NCBI GenBank assembly: GCA_964035545.1 | Contig: OZ037773.1 | Coordinates: 2,323,751-2,387,750, forward strand | Source: Bugula neritina | Lineage: Eukaryota > Animalia > Bryozoa | Direction: 5' to 3' | Length of the DNA: 64,000 nucleotides | Translations under genes and position numbers: made by a program | Shown: in pieces, positions 25,912-39,300 of the stretch | Layout: every line of letters begins with the position of its first letter | Numbering within the stretch: position 1 is the first letter of the stretch | Notes under the pieces: generated by a model | What the model saw: the letters and a program-made list of their open reading frames with translations, nothing else | What the model was told of the DNA's origin: nothing | Databases searched by the model: none

Positions 25912-26653
25912 CACGGGCTTTCCATGGATCCATCTCAGCTAGATCGATCTGAAAAATGTGCTCAGATCAATCAATTTTTCATGACGATGTAAAATCGATC
26001 TGGCGTAGTTGCCTCCTCTTGAGTTAATACACTTTTTGGAGATAATTTGACTACCCACCTAAGTCTAGAAATTATCGCCAGCCAAAATAAACTATATGCA
26101 GCCAAGGTTTTTCAGTAAAGTAATTTGGTCAGTTTATAATAATTAGTTTTAATTTTTTAGCTTGACAGCTCGTATAATAACATTAATAGCTGTCTTGCAG
26201 ACCATTTATAAACTTACAGGATTGTTAGGTTTGAAATTACACGGCAAATAACTCTAATGAAAGTAAGATTTACTAGCCACTTGAATTTAATTTAAATGCT
26301 TCCATTTTTTGTATACCTTCTATCATCTATACTTTAATATAATTTAGTTTTCTTAGTCATTGTACTGAAAATTAAAGTTTTGGCATCTGAAAAAGTGGCT
26401 TTCGTAATTATCAAGTACTTTGCTTTATACCAATTAGCAATAAGATATTATTTTTATTAGAGGACGAAATTTTAGCAAACAGTCTTTTTCTACTTCTCAT
26501 ATCGATCTATCTTCCTTCTTCCCATGGTCTTGTTGCCTTGAGATTGATCTGAGTTCAAGCTCTACAGACCGACCAGCTCAGATCTATGGAGATTGATCTT
26601 CCCCGTTTTTCCATGGATTGATCTCAGTGAGATCGATCCATGGAAAGCCGGTG
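25912..26653. mobile_element. CAC..GTG MITE, co-duplicated copy
   Basis: Same TIRs and same flanks as 11662-12402. Confidence 0.85.
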
Positions 26654-26948
26654 TATGTAGCATAATTATGCTCTCAGTTTATTAGGTAGCATGAACTCTT
26701 AGTCTATGATGTAGCATATACTCTCAGTCTATGATGTAGCATATACTCTCAGTCTGTAATGTAGCATATGCTCTCAGTTAGTAAAGGAGTGTATGCTCTC
26801 ATGTATATAATGTAGCATACTTTCAGCCTATGATGTAGCATGCTCTCAGTCTATGCTGTAACATACTTTCTGTCTATATGGTATAGTTTGCTATCAGTCT
26901 ATGATGTAGTGTATGTTCTCAGTCTGTATACTCTCAGTATACTGCAAT

Positions 26949-27258
26949 CATACATACATACATACATACATACATACATACATACATACATACATACATA
27001 CATACATACATACATACATACATACATACATACATACATACATACATACATACATACATACATACATACATACATACATACATACATACATACATACATA
27101 CATACATACATACATACATACATACATACATACATACATACATACATACATACATACATACATACATACATACATACATACATACATACATACATACATA
27201 CATACATACATACATACATACATACATACATACATACATACATACATACATACATACA

Positions 27259-27292
<34 letters not shown>

Positions 27293-27305
27293 CATACATA
27301 CATAC
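26949..27305. repeat. (TACA)n microsatellite, expanded
   Basis: About 350 bp here versus a few units at the paralogous sites near 12700 and 59170. Confidence 0.98.
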
Positions 27306-27596
27306 ACACATACACACATCCACATATACATACACACAACCATACTCAATTCTCACTTAGATCTACCTGGTGAAACATCGTGTATCTACTGTATCCACAA
27401 GTGAGTTAGTAACTCTGTGTTGCAGCTGAGATATGTCTTAGAAGACACGCTGTACGAGGCCGGAGTGGACATGTATATTTCTGCCCATGAGCACTCCTAT
27501 GAGCGGGCCTGGCCTATCTATGACAGAAAGGTATTCCCTGTCTGCTGTGTTTATATGTTAGGAAAGGGAGTTTTCTCCTCATGTAGATATGTACGT

Positions 27597-27873
27597 AGTC
27601 TATGATGTAGCATGCACTCTCAGTCTATGATGTAGCATGTGTTCTCAGTCTATGATGTAGCATATACTCTCAGTCTATGATGTAGCATGTGCTCTCAGTC
27701 TATGATGTAGCATATACTCTCAGTCTATGATGTAGCATATACTCTCAGTCTATGATGTAGCATGTGCTCTCAGTCTATGATGTAACATATACTCTCAGTC
27801 TATGATGTAGCATATACTCTCAGTCTATCATGTAGCATAAACTCTCAGTCTATGATGTAGCATATACTCTCAG
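27597..27873 (+). repeat. 25-bp minisatellite array (another at about 26654-26940)
   Basis: Tandem CTCTCAGTCTATGATGTAGCATATA units. Confidence 0.92.
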
Positions 27874-29414
27874 TACTACAATCAGTATGTTTCAAGCTTC
27901 TGAATTTGAGTTTGAAAGTTCTTTGTCTCCCGGCTGCCGATTGCTGTCCAACAGACATAATAGACACAATATCGGATATATGAGGTGCATCCAGAATTGC
28001 AATTTTTAATATTATGTCAATTTGTCCCCTCTCTAAAAAAGCAACATGTTTTATATGGTGTAAAATCCTTATTTTAGCTATTTATTTATAGAAATAGAAT
28101 GTATAAAAATTTGTACTCGCATTGTAGATATGTAATGGGAGTTATGACCACCCGTATACGGACCCCAGTGCACCTGTTCATATTATAACTGGATCAGCTG
28201 TAAGTCAACCACTTGCTAGCACTTGACCTCTCTGTGTATCACTTTCTGTTATATTTATTACTTTCCATATCTAAAATGTAGTGTATTGTTTGTTGCAAAG
28301 GGCATGCAAAGCGGCCATGATGCATTTGAACCGGAGGTGCCATTTTGGAGCGCGTACCGCACACAGAACTATGGGTACAGTCGTCTGCATCTAACCAACG
28401 CTACACATATGCTTGTGGAATGGGTAAGTGTTGCGATTGTACACGTTCAGGGAAGAGTAACTCCTAGCCAATTCTCTCTTTCAATGCAAAGTTGTAAACA
28501 ATAAGTAAAGTATAATTACTTCTCTAATAATTAGTTATAGATTGGTCCATTCTAGCGAAAAGCTCCATTTGGGCTTTTTTAAACAGTGGTTCTGTTTTTT
28601 TTATGAGTTTAGTTTTATGAGAGACTAAAACTAAAATAATTTTTCTTTTTTCTCCCTAGTTAGAGTATTATTATGTTAAATCATTCAACTGTAGCTCATT
28701 TAGAATGAATGGTGTATGTATTATTGCAGTATATTCACATAAGAAAGATTTTAGTTTGACTCTCTTTCAGGCTCAAAGGTGCATTTTTCATATGCCATTA
28801 GTTTGTGTCCATACTCATTTTTCATCGAACCATTTTGCATTTAATACTGTATTACATTGCATGATTATATAATAAGTTTTCTTCTTTAATTAATTACAAA
28901 ATAACTGGTCACCTTGTATCGCTGCTATGATGCTCATTTAAGTCAAGCCCCCTACCTCTTCCCTAACAACTAAGTTAGGTAACTTGAAAATTTTTCATTT
29001 AATTTTTAGCTCTTTAGACAATTTTGGTTATTAAAGTCACTGCGACCTAATTTATTAGTATATATTTAACATAATGAAACTGTTTGAACCAAAAATCATA
29101 AATATAAAGATAGAAACCACAAAAGCCATTAAAACACTCCCAAGAGTTATATATCCTCTGTTTTCACAATGATTTGACTGTCTAGTTAACTATAGCTGTC
29201 TAAAAAGCTAAACAGAGGTCAACAAATTTTTCTGCTTCCCACATCAGTCATATACTCAGTCGCAGAAGGTAGGGCTGTAACTGAACCTAACATCTTGCAC
29301 ATGTACGTATGTTGCTGATTAAAAACTCTACTAGAACCTTCTCAACAATTTCTCACCATTTCTCAGCTGATACTATTTAGATGAGAAGCAGGTATTGGAT
29401 GTTATAGCTGTCAG

Positions 29415-29417
<3 letters not shown>

Positions 29418-29482
<65 letters not shown>
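29418..29482. repeat. (TA)n microsatellite
   Basis: Directly visible. Only a few units at the paralogous sites near 14670 and 61270. Confidence 0.97.
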
Positions 29483-29484
<2 letters not shown>

Positions 29485-30805
29485 CAAGTCACAGACATGC
29501 AGAATATTGTTTCCAGTTACAATATGAACAGTTTACACATAAACTTGTATGACTGGGTGATGACAACAGCTCTCTTCAACATGAGCAGATCATTCTAGTG
29601 TAAGCTGTCCTCCTTTCAGGTTGACGATGAACAGGATGGTAAAGTAACAGACTCACTCTGGGTTATAAAGAATAAACATGGAGCTGGCACTTATGATTGT
29701 CACCTCAAAGAGGAGAAACGCTGGTAATCTTCCCCAACTACTGCCGTTTCATATTGAGCTAAGATGGTGCTTATAATTCATTGAAGAAACTTTTAACTTA
29801 ATATTGTCATTATGAAGCTGGGCTCAATCATTTAGTCTATTAGTAATAGTCAAAAGTCAAACTGCAATAAATTAGTGTCAGTACAGTTATAATTCTCAAG
29901 TGTCAACTATAATATAGTACGCGTATATAGTATCTGTGTAGAATATAATATATAATTATATATTATATAATATATTAAATAAAGTTGCATACTTTATATT
30001 ACTATTTTATTTCACTAATGAGCATCTAGTATTTTGTTTTATGTGCTTATCAAAACTTAAAAGTTTACAAGTCTTCATAAGACGTAACCCACACGTACTC
30101 GTGCTGCTTCCCAATTATATATTTTTACTGATGCGCGCTACATAAAATAAATTATCTGTTGATATTTTATGCAAGAGGTGGCTTCTTTATTTTATATACA
30201 TATATCTCATTTGTGTTTATAATATTTATGATTTTGATATGAATTTCTAAATAATAAATATGTTTTTTATATCATGTACAACTTGAGCTGTACTATAGTA
30301 TATTATATTCTATATTATTATGTCGTACTATATTATACAGTGTTGTATAATATTACTGAGCTATGCTATACTATAATATATTACTTAACTATGATACATA
30401 ATGTTACTGTGTTATAATATGATAGTCACTCTGCTATATAATGCACTGTATTATATGATATTGCTGCACCTATCAGAGCATACTATATTGGTGCTACATA
30501 CTATACTATCAGTACTGTTAGTATAGTAGTTAGTAGCTTGTCATAATATAGATCTAATTTCCTGCTGGATGGTCAGTAGCACTTGCTCTGTAATTAATAT
30601 GCACTTGAAATCTGCCAGCATTTCGATACCCAGTTTGTTTTGTTGCTTGACCTTGACACTTGTAACAGAATCAATATTGAAAATTTCTGTAAGATGTAAA
30701 ATTTTAATTAAACGAGTTAGGTACATAAATTTAAAGTATTTCATCAGTAAAAGCAGTCAGCTTGTTGGTGTTCTGGAGTGAGGCTGTATGTGAGAAACTA
30801 GTCCG

Positions 30806-31060
30806 ATGGAGAATAGCAGCGTTCTGTGCGGTGACATCACTGACTTTTGTGTAGATTCTACTAGATCCGCAGTGTTTTTATCTTTTAACATTTTTAGTGT
30901 TATATTCAACATCATCAATTTGGTTTTCCTGAAGAAGTTAGACAAATCCAAAAGAAACGCATCATTTTGGATAATAGTGAACATCGGTATCTGTGACGTT
31001 GTGACTTGCTCCTCCTTTTCTCTGGCAGTCAGCTGTGAATTGAACAGACAAATCATATAA
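30806..31060 (+). pseudogene. GPCR copy truncated after TM2 by a deletion
   Basis: Same start as 15992. After RQII the sequence jumps to the downstream flank (aaatttcttagcaggct). Confidence 0.88.
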
Positions 31061-32503
31061 CATAAATTTCTTAGCAGGCTTTGAATTAAAACCTTTTTAT
31101 TAGATGTTCTCACGATAAACACTATAAACTTATATAATTATGAGCTTTTCGAGGCTTCGAATACACTTGCATATATGTTAATATAATATGGAAGCAATCA
31201 GTATATTATCAGCTCTGTGTAATGCCTAGATAGCTTTCCAACCAGAATGCACTGTTTTCAAAACAAAAAATGAATATGCAATTGATAACTCTATAGTCTA
31301 TACTCTATACCAATAATCCCCTTGTGTGCTAGAGTAGCCCCCTATACGCCTCATAAAGAGGATAACTTGTAAAAGGTTGATAATATGTTCTTTACGCTAC
31401 CAGTCTATGCAACGCAGACACTCTTGAAATATTAAACAGCTACTAAAATTTAGGTTGCAGGCAAATTGGCGATCAACAATATTGAGGGGGGGGGAATAAA
31501 GCTACTTGAATAGCAAGTCTCATGAGTATTTTTTAAGTCTCAAATAATTATTTATGTTTCATCTTTATATATACTGGGACTTATTTATTTAACTGATAGC
31601 TAATTTTTTCCCTTCATTTTTTATTTAATAAAAGCCAAGTTTATTTTGTATCAAACATATTATATAACAGCTTCCAAGTGTGTTCAAGTCATTATGATCA
31701 CTTTGTTTTCACCTAGACCATGTAGTTAAGCAAATGGTTAGTTTGAAACACCGTGCTGGGTGAGTATGGAGATAACAGAGCTTACTGTCTACATAAACAT
31801 GTATAAATATATATTTACTATAGACCTAATCTAGTCAAGAAATGTGAAAAGAGCAACAGCTAGCAATAAATACAGTTGTTACTCACTACCTTGGTACATC
31901 ATACTTCACTATATTATACTATTAGTAAGCAGCAGCTTTGGAACTCAAATTCTTTGAGTTGAATAGTAGATGTGGTGTAGTATATTATATTCTATATTAC
32001 TATATTATGTCGTACTATTTTATACAGTGTTGTATAATATTACTGAGCTATGCTATACTATAATATATTACTTAACTATAATACATAATGTTACTGTGTC
32101 ACAATATGATAGTAACTCTGCTATATACTGTATTATATGATATTACTGCACTGATCAGAGCATACTATATTGGTGCTCCATACTATATATATACTATCAG
32201 CACTGTTAATTAGTATAGTAGTTAGTAGCTTGTCATAATATAGATCTAATTTCCTGCTGGATGGTCAGTAGCATTTGCTCTGTAATTATTATGCACTTGA
32301 ATTCTGCCAGCATTTCGATACCCAGTCCGTTTTGTTGCTTGACCTTGACCTTGACACTTGTAACGGAATCAATATTGAACATTTCTGTAAGATGTAAAAT
32401 TTTAATTAAACGAGTTAGGTACTTAAATTTAAAGCATTTCATCAGTAAAAGCAGTCAGCTTGTTGGTGTTTTGGAGTGAGGCAGTATGTGAGAAACTAGT
32501 CTG

Positions 32504-33439
32504 ATGGAGAATAGCAGCGTTCTGTGCGGTGACATCACTGACTTTTGTGTAGACTCTACTAGATCCGCAGTGTTTTCAACTTTCAACATTTTCAGTGTTA
32601 TATTCAACATCATCAATTTGGTTTTCCTGAAGAAGTTAGACAAATCCAAAAGAAACGCATCATTTTGGATAATAGTGAACATCGGTATCTGTGACGTCGT
32701 GACTTGCTCCTCCTTTTTTCTGGCAGTCAGCTGTGAATTGAACAGACAAATCATAACTTTACCAGCCGTTGGTGATCGAACCTTTCAAGTTATAGTGATT
32801 ACATTTGGCTTTGTCTCAATTGTTGCTAGAAATTTTGTAGTGGCGACTGGCAGCTATGAGCGATACGTCTCCACCTGTCAGCCTTATCAAGTGAGCTATA
32901 ACAAAGTGGTTAGCAATATGAAACTCTTCTTGGCCATTGTTTGGATATTTACTTTTGCCCTTATTACTATCACTATTGCCACTGATACCACTAAGTATTG
33001 CTTTGGTGAGTTCGGAGCTATCCCAAATGACTCCAATCCACAGACTAGTGTTGCGTTTGTTGGATCCATTACAACAGCTTTTGTCATCTCTGTCATCTGC
33101 TTATCTAAGGCTTGGAGAGAGTTGAAGAGAATGCAGTCTAGAAGTACAGTTCCAGGACAAGATGATCTGATAGTGAAGAGATCTGCCCGGTATATTATAA
33201 CAATCTTCATCACTCTTTACTTGTCCTACATTCCAACAGCCATATCCTTAGTTTGTAATAACCTTAATGATATTTTAAAAGGCTTAGGATATTTGGCCAG
33301 ATGGATTTCTTTCTATTACATTACAATTTTTAGAATTTTTAATGTAATAATATATTTCATCATGACCCCAGGCTACCGTATTCATGTGATGAATTTACTC
33401 ATGTTGAAGACTCCAACAGTCGGTCAAATTGAATCTTAG
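32504..33439 (+). CDS. Intronless 7TM GPCR, 311 aa, intact paralogue
   Basis: Near-identical to 15992-16927, YERY motif retained. Differences include VVATG for VLETG and S>R in TM7. Confidence 0.88.
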   Translation: MENSSVLCGDITDFCVDSTRSAVFSTFNIFSVIFNIINLVFLKKLDKSKRNASFWIIVNIGICDVVTCSSFFLAVSCELNRQIITLPAVGDRTFQVIVITFGFVSIVARNFVVATGSYERYVSTCQPYQVSYNKVVSNMKLFLAIVWIFTFALITITIATDTTKYCFGEFGAIPNDSNPQTSVAFVGSITTAFVISVICLSKAWRELKRMQSRSTVPGQDDLIVKRSARYIITIFITLYLSYIPTAISLVCNNLNDILKGLGYLARWISFYYITIFRIFNVIIYFIMTPGYRIHVMNLLMLKTPTVGQIES

Positions 33440-35197
33440 ATCATCACTATAATACAAGTTGTTGTAGTAGTTTTGTTAAACAATGTTCATGTTTGCTATA
33501 TAAATTGTAACCATAATTGTTTGATGTTGCTATGACAACATGATAAATAATATATTTTGTTATGATATTTAAAAAACCTGCCATGAAAAAGATATGTTGT
33601 GTAGAGTAATGCTTTGAATAAATGTTAAATGTATTCTGTATTCTTATTAAATTGTGAACAAAGTTTACAAAGGAAAGAAGTGTAGGAGTTAGCGGAACAG
33701 GAAGTTAGTGGTCTGAGTCCCCACACCTGATATGTTTAAAAGAGTATCCACTTATAGTTTCTCCTGCATGTGCAGCGTTTAAAAAAATTTCTTAGCGAGC
33801 TTTAAATTAAAACCTTTTCATTAGATGTTTTCACGATGAACACTATAAACATATATAATTATGAGCTTTTCCAGGCTTCGTATACACTTGCATATATGTT
33901 AATATAATATGGAAGCAATCAGTATATTATTATCAGCTCTGTGTAATGCCTAGATAGCTTTCCAACCAAAATGCACTGTTTTCAAAACAAAAAATGACTA
34001 TGCAATTGATAACTCTATAGTCTATACCAATAATCCCTGTGTGCTAGAGTAGCCCCCTATACGCCTCATAAAAAGGATAACTTGTAAAAGTTTGATAATG
34101 ATCTTTACACTACCAATCTATGCAACTAAGACACTCTTTAAATATTCAACAGCTATACCAAGGTTTAAGTTGCAAGCAAATTGGCAATCAACAACATTGG
34201 GAAAATAAAACTACTTGAATAGCAAGTCTCGCATGAGTACTTTGTAAGATTCAAATAATTATTTATGTTTCATCTTTATATTATATATACTGGTACTTAC
34301 TAGCTAATTAGCTAATTTTTTCACTTCATTTTTTATTCAAAAAAAGCCAAGTTTATTTGGTATCAAACAGATTATATAACAGCTTCCATGTGGGTTCAAG
34401 CCATCATGATCACTTTGTTCTGACCTAGACCACGTATAGTCAAGCAAGTGGTTAGTTTGAAACACCATGCCGGTTGAGTATGGAGATAACAGAGCTTACT
34501 GTCTACATAAACATGTATAAATATATATTTACTATAGACCTAATCTAGTCAAGAAATGTGAAAAGAGCAACAGCTAGCAATAAATACAGTTGTTACTCAC
34601 TAGCTTGGTACATCATACTTCACTATATTATACTATTAGTAAGCAGCAGCTTTGGAACTCAAATTCTTTGAGTTGAATAGTAGATGTACTGGTGAGATTT
34701 ATAACTAAAGCTGCACAGAAAAGCTAAATGTTTTAGGAGTTCTACAATGAATATAATATTTGTGCGCATATTACATATTTTAATTTTTGTTAGGAGAAGG
34801 CTGATGCTAGCTTTCAACTGGTCCACTACTCCAGTCTAGCCAAGGTTCACGGTGTGGGTAATCCTTAATAAACAAACTTGTTTAGGTTTAGAATTTTCTA
34901 GACTCCAGACAAGTATTATCTGTGGATTATTGGTGTAAGTTATGAATCCTATCATTACTATTCAACTTACAGTTCTTATAACTCTATTTTTTGCAATGGT
35001 GTGACTGCAGATAAAATTTGAACATAATTGCAATGAGCTCCAAAGCTGCTGCATTACTTTATATCATTCAATGAAACATTTGGCAGAGTTCAATGATGGT
35101 GTTTTCTTTACATTGCAATAATATAAACTAATAGCTCAACACGAGTTTATTCAAAAGACCACTGTTTATAAAGTTTGTATAGTGTTACTATTTTCTA

Positions 35198-35258
35198 GTT
35201 GCCCTTGTAGTCTAATGGTTTGCTCACTTGTTTGCAAACCAGAAGCCCAGGTTCGAAT
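35198..35258 (+). mobile_element. tRNA-like/SINE head (inverted copy)
   Basis: gcccttgTAGTCTAATGGtttgc...ttGCAaa...ccaGGTTCGAAT. Confidence 0.6.
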
Positions 35259-35262
35259 GGAA

Positions 35263-35511
35263 CTATTTTTCACTGGTGTATCTTCTGACACCTTTGGTCA
35301 CCTTCACTTTCAGCAAGGTTAGCTAAATATCCAGGTAGAATCAGCTGCACAGCAGTCTGCACTCTCTACTATCACTGCTAGTGATAATACTTTAGTGAGG
35401 GGTCTGGATGCCTCCCAGCTACTTTTTTCAAATACTTCATTAATGAAGCTGTCTACGGTTGTCCAGCACGTAGCTTTCCTCTTTTTTGTCTGCGCACTTT
35501 TTTCGCTGGGC
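35263..35511 (-). pseudogene. H2B: Highly degenerate H2B pseudogene (YTSEK* class), absent from the ORF track
   Basis: Minus strand gives, across frameshifts, KKVRRQK..ESY, DSFINEVFEK, EASR, VQTAVQLILPGYLANLAESEG and KGVRRYTSEK*. Confidence 0.78.
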
Positions 35512-37546
35512 TATATCTATACTTGTGTTTATACATGCAAATTAGATAGTTCTACTAATTTTATTGGTCAATAATGAAGAAGTGTTTTGTTGTTATTTTT
35601 TTATAGTGATAATAATATTATGGATCGAAATTTTCAGATCATATCTAAGAATTTAAAATTCTATAATTCTACAAAAATAGTTTGTAAAAGTATGAAATAT
35701 CAACCTATACAAAAGTAAAGAATAATAGCGTATTATAACGCAGTACGGTATACCAAGCTATAGTGAAACAACTGCATTTAATGGTTATAGCTGTTGCTCT
35801 TATGCCATTTCTCAACCATAAGATTAGGTTTAGTAAATATATATGTATATAATATGGTAAGCTCTGTTCTCATGCAAGTCCTCAATTCATATAGATGCAA
35901 TAAAGAGACTAGACTAGTCGTTGTATTTTCTTGGAGGTGCAACAGTAAATGCAACCAGTGATAAATGTCTTACACCAATGTTCCACTATATAATATCCTG
36001 ATTATTGAAATGCTTGTTTACAGCGAGCTGTTAGATTCTACCCAAGAATTGATGTCTTCTGGATAACCCAATTAATTTACCAATTATCCATTAGGTACCA
36101 TTTGGTGGTTTTTTTAAAGCTACTGCTCATAAAAAATCTTTGTGTTTTTTCTCTGTTGAGATCAGAAATTTTGTACGTAACTGTATTAGTGTACGGTACT
36201 TAAGCACTATTTTAGCCCAGTGAGGTGTGCATCCTTTTTCAAAAGTTTTTTGTAAGTAATTCTATTGTTGTCTCTAGCTTTTAGATTTATTTATTCAGCA
36301 TCACCCATGATGACCTTTCACTAAACTAGCAAAGTGGACCAGTTGAAAGCTAGCATCAGCTTTTTCATTACAGAAATTAAAATATATATTATGTAATATG
36401 GGCTGATATTAATTGCAGGGCTCATAGTATATTTAGCTATACTGTGCAGCTTTAGTTTAATAGAGTTGCTGTGGGTTGCTTTACAATAATCATACAATAA
36501 TTTTGCTTTATCTAATTTGTATGGTAATATTTCTTTTTAGCTGAAACAACTTATTGCTTCAAAACCACTGTTCTTAGAGTTGTCTTCTATATTAATAGAT
36601 AAGTGTGACTTTAATATCTGAAGCTATGTAGAGCATCTGCCACCCAATGACCTGCAAAAGATATTATTTATTGATTATTAATATTATTAATAATATTTAT
36701 ATTATTATTATATAATAATTATTAATAATCATTAAGATATTAATAATTATTATTATTATAGTACACTATATTCTAATGAACTACCACCTTGTGCACATAC
36801 AAAAAGGATGTTTATTTCATATTTCTGAGGTGACAATCCATAAACATGTTAATATTGTAAATTTAGAACAGCTCTGCCATGACGGGTGTAATGTAAAAGA
36901 AAGCAGCCCTGTTAAACTAAAGCTGAGCAGAAAATGAACTGCTGTAGATATATATAATTAGCCCTGCACTCATTGTGTGTGGATATTACATAATATATAT
37001 ATTATTACACTTTTTGTAAGGAAAAAGCTGATGGTACCTTCCAACTGATCCACTACTGGTGTAAAATAATCTAGAGGGTATAATAAACAAGTATTATCTG
37101 TGGATTATTGGTCTTATAAGTTATGAATCCTTTCATATCTACTATTCAACTTACAGTTCTTATAACTCTATTTCTGTAATGGTGTGACTGCAGGTAAAAT
37201 TTGAACAGTAGCTATGAGTTGCTAAGGTGCCACTCATTCGTGTTCATTATAGACAACAGCAACTAAACAAATTGCACCATGAGTCTGCTTCAACATAACT
37301 ATTTTGATTTGTGAAGTCTGGGATGGACAATTCCTGGAATGCAGGTTGAGCATGATAGAAGATTGTACTTTTTATTCAGTTGTTTATGTATACACTATAC
37401 TTTACATAGTTTCTATAAATTTTAAATAGAACATGTTGATGAGTGAGTGCATTGCAAACTTTATAGAGCCCAATATATATCTAGAAGGTTTATCAATAAT
37501 TTATTATTCAAAGGTTTGAACAACTCTACAAGTAAACATTTAAAGT

Positions 37547-37562
37547 GGCCCTGAAAAGGCCC
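37547..37562 (-). terminator. Histone 3' stem-loop of chimeric gene copy 2, with one stem mismatch
   Basis: Reverse complement is GGGCCT-TTTC-AGGGCC. The third base pair is G-G. Confidence 0.88.
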
Positions 37563-37605
37563 GTTGGGGTTAGTAGTGGAGCTTGGAGAGATTACTAACA
37601 GGTTT

Positions 37606-39042
37606 TCATAGACTAGAATGCGAGATTTCTTCGTCCACATATCGACTGAGAAGTAGTTGCAGCAAAATATTTTGTCTTTGCTTTACCTGTATAAAAAAAT
37701 ATTATACGTTAACAAATGGAACTGTTGTTAACATGGGTTTTTTAATTAATTGTAGTAGCTACAGGTTAGAAATAAGTTTGCTTATTTTGCAATCACAAAA
37801 CAAAATTATCTTTCATAATTGTTGCCTACCTCATGAGTTGCTCGACTTTGTAACTGTGAAGCCAGTTGGGTTAATATTTTGTCACTAAGGGTAAACCTTT
37901 TGCCACACTCCATAGCTGCAGTCTTCAATGCCCTTAGAAGTATCTTGTCCTCAGCTCTAAAAGTATACCATCCCCATATTGCATGATTTATATTCTTCAA
38001 CTTCAACAATGCATTTAAATGTAAAGTGCCACTGAAAGTACTTTGATAAAACTGTGGGTTTGAATGTAGCTAGTTGCTTTGCATGCTATAGTTATGAAGA
38101 ACAGGTCGAGAAAATTAGTATAAATTAGGGTAGCTTTATTGTGTAGAATGATATAATAGGTCTGCATCCAGCGAGCTCCAGTAGTAGACTGAACTACGCT
38201 GGAACTCACTGGCTTTTATATACAAGCAGAACAAAGACATTCCTTTGTTGCAGAAATGCCAACGTTTCAAATTTCAACAGAGTAAAATATCTTAGCTCTC
38301 TTCCAAAGCTCTTTTCTAGTAGCCTATAGGTTCATTTTTAGTTACAAAGATTAGGCGAGTCAGATTTCACTTTTAGAAAGTAAGCTTCTGCACCAATATG
38401 CAATTTCAACGATTTTCAGTTTGACTATTAAAAGGGGTACTTTTTTCAGCAAAGGTATAAACAAAACTTTAGTACAGGGCGTCAACTTTATAACATTAGG
38501 TTTATACAATAGAGGAATTACCTTGTCCACGGTGCTATGACTGGTTGACTTGGGAGAGGTAAAGCTGGTGGGAGCTCCTTGGGGTCTGTACGGAGAGTAA
38601 TGACCTCTGTAAATAACGTCAGAAAGTAAAGATTATGCACAGTTTACAAGTTGAAAAGAGAAGTTTAGCAGCATAGGCTGAAGAAGTGCAATCTGAAACG
38701 TGCATTTACAGGAGTACAGCCAGTCACACATTACACTTCATCGGCCAATGTTATAGAGTTGAGTTTGAGCCAACATGATACAATCTACTTAAACAAACAT
38801 TGGCTTGGGTATATTACAATACAGAAAACAATTTTCTACACTCAAAACTTACCAATACTGAGAGATGAATGACAGTCTTTAGTGTCATCATCACCTTCCT
38901 CATTCAGCAGACTCGGAGGGGGATCCAAGTGACGGTAATAGGCAGGTCTCAGACCCTTGCGAGGTCCAGCACGTCCAGACATTCGAGCTGCTTTAGCCTT
39001 TCCTGTTTTCTTGGCGCCTTTGTAGCTAACTTTAAGAGGCAT
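37606..39042 (-). CDS. Chimeric spliced gene, copy 2: H2B N-tail fused to a FLASH/GON4L-like SANT/Myb domain, 160 aa
   Basis: Exons 39042-38853, 38606-38522, 37956-37830 and 37686-37606. Same lengths (190/85/127/81 nt), GT-AG sites and open frame as copy 1. 13 amino-acid differences by hand count. Confidence 0.8.
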
Positions 39043-39300
39043 GCTGTTCAGTTAGCGATATTAATGTTGAATGCTTGCTCCCGATGTAATGACTGCAACA
39101 GTAGTTTGATGCTAAATGATGTTCAGATCTTAGAGCACTCTGTATTTATATGTATAAACAGTAGTTAGAAATGATCCAATCAGATAGCGGTTGCTTAAAC
39201 TGCCGCCTTAGCGTGCCCTAATGTTTACATTGAAAACAATTATTTGTCATAGACCAATGAAACTCGTAGAACAATCTAATTTGCATATCTTATACAATAT
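39043..39300 (-). promoter_or_regulatory. H2B promoter upstream of chimeric gene copy 2
   Basis: tatttata 39143-39150, CCAAT 39176-39180, ATTTGCAT 39279-39286. Confidence 0.8.

Larger units (their letters stand above)
27426..29727 (+). pseudogene. ACP7: ACP7-like phosphatase, last four exons with open frame and intact splice sites but no 5' exons
   Basis: Exons 27426-27530, 28128-28199, 28301-28423 and 29620-29727 splice in phase 0 to LRYVLEDTLYEAGVDMYISAHEHSYERAWPIYDRK-ICNGSYDHPYTDPSAPVHIITGSA-GMQSGHDAF...YGYSRLHLTNATHMLVEW-VDDEQDGKVTDSLWVIKNKHG...RW*. Confidence 0.82.

Noticed and set aside
27597-27873. 25-bp direct repeats as a possible CRISPR array
   Set aside because: Units are head-to-tail with no unique spacers, lie in eukaryotic introns and have no cas genes nearby. 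This is a minisatellite.
35700-36300. Unique, slightly more complex sequence that might be a decayed exon
   Set aside because: No ORF in the track and no motif I could recognise.
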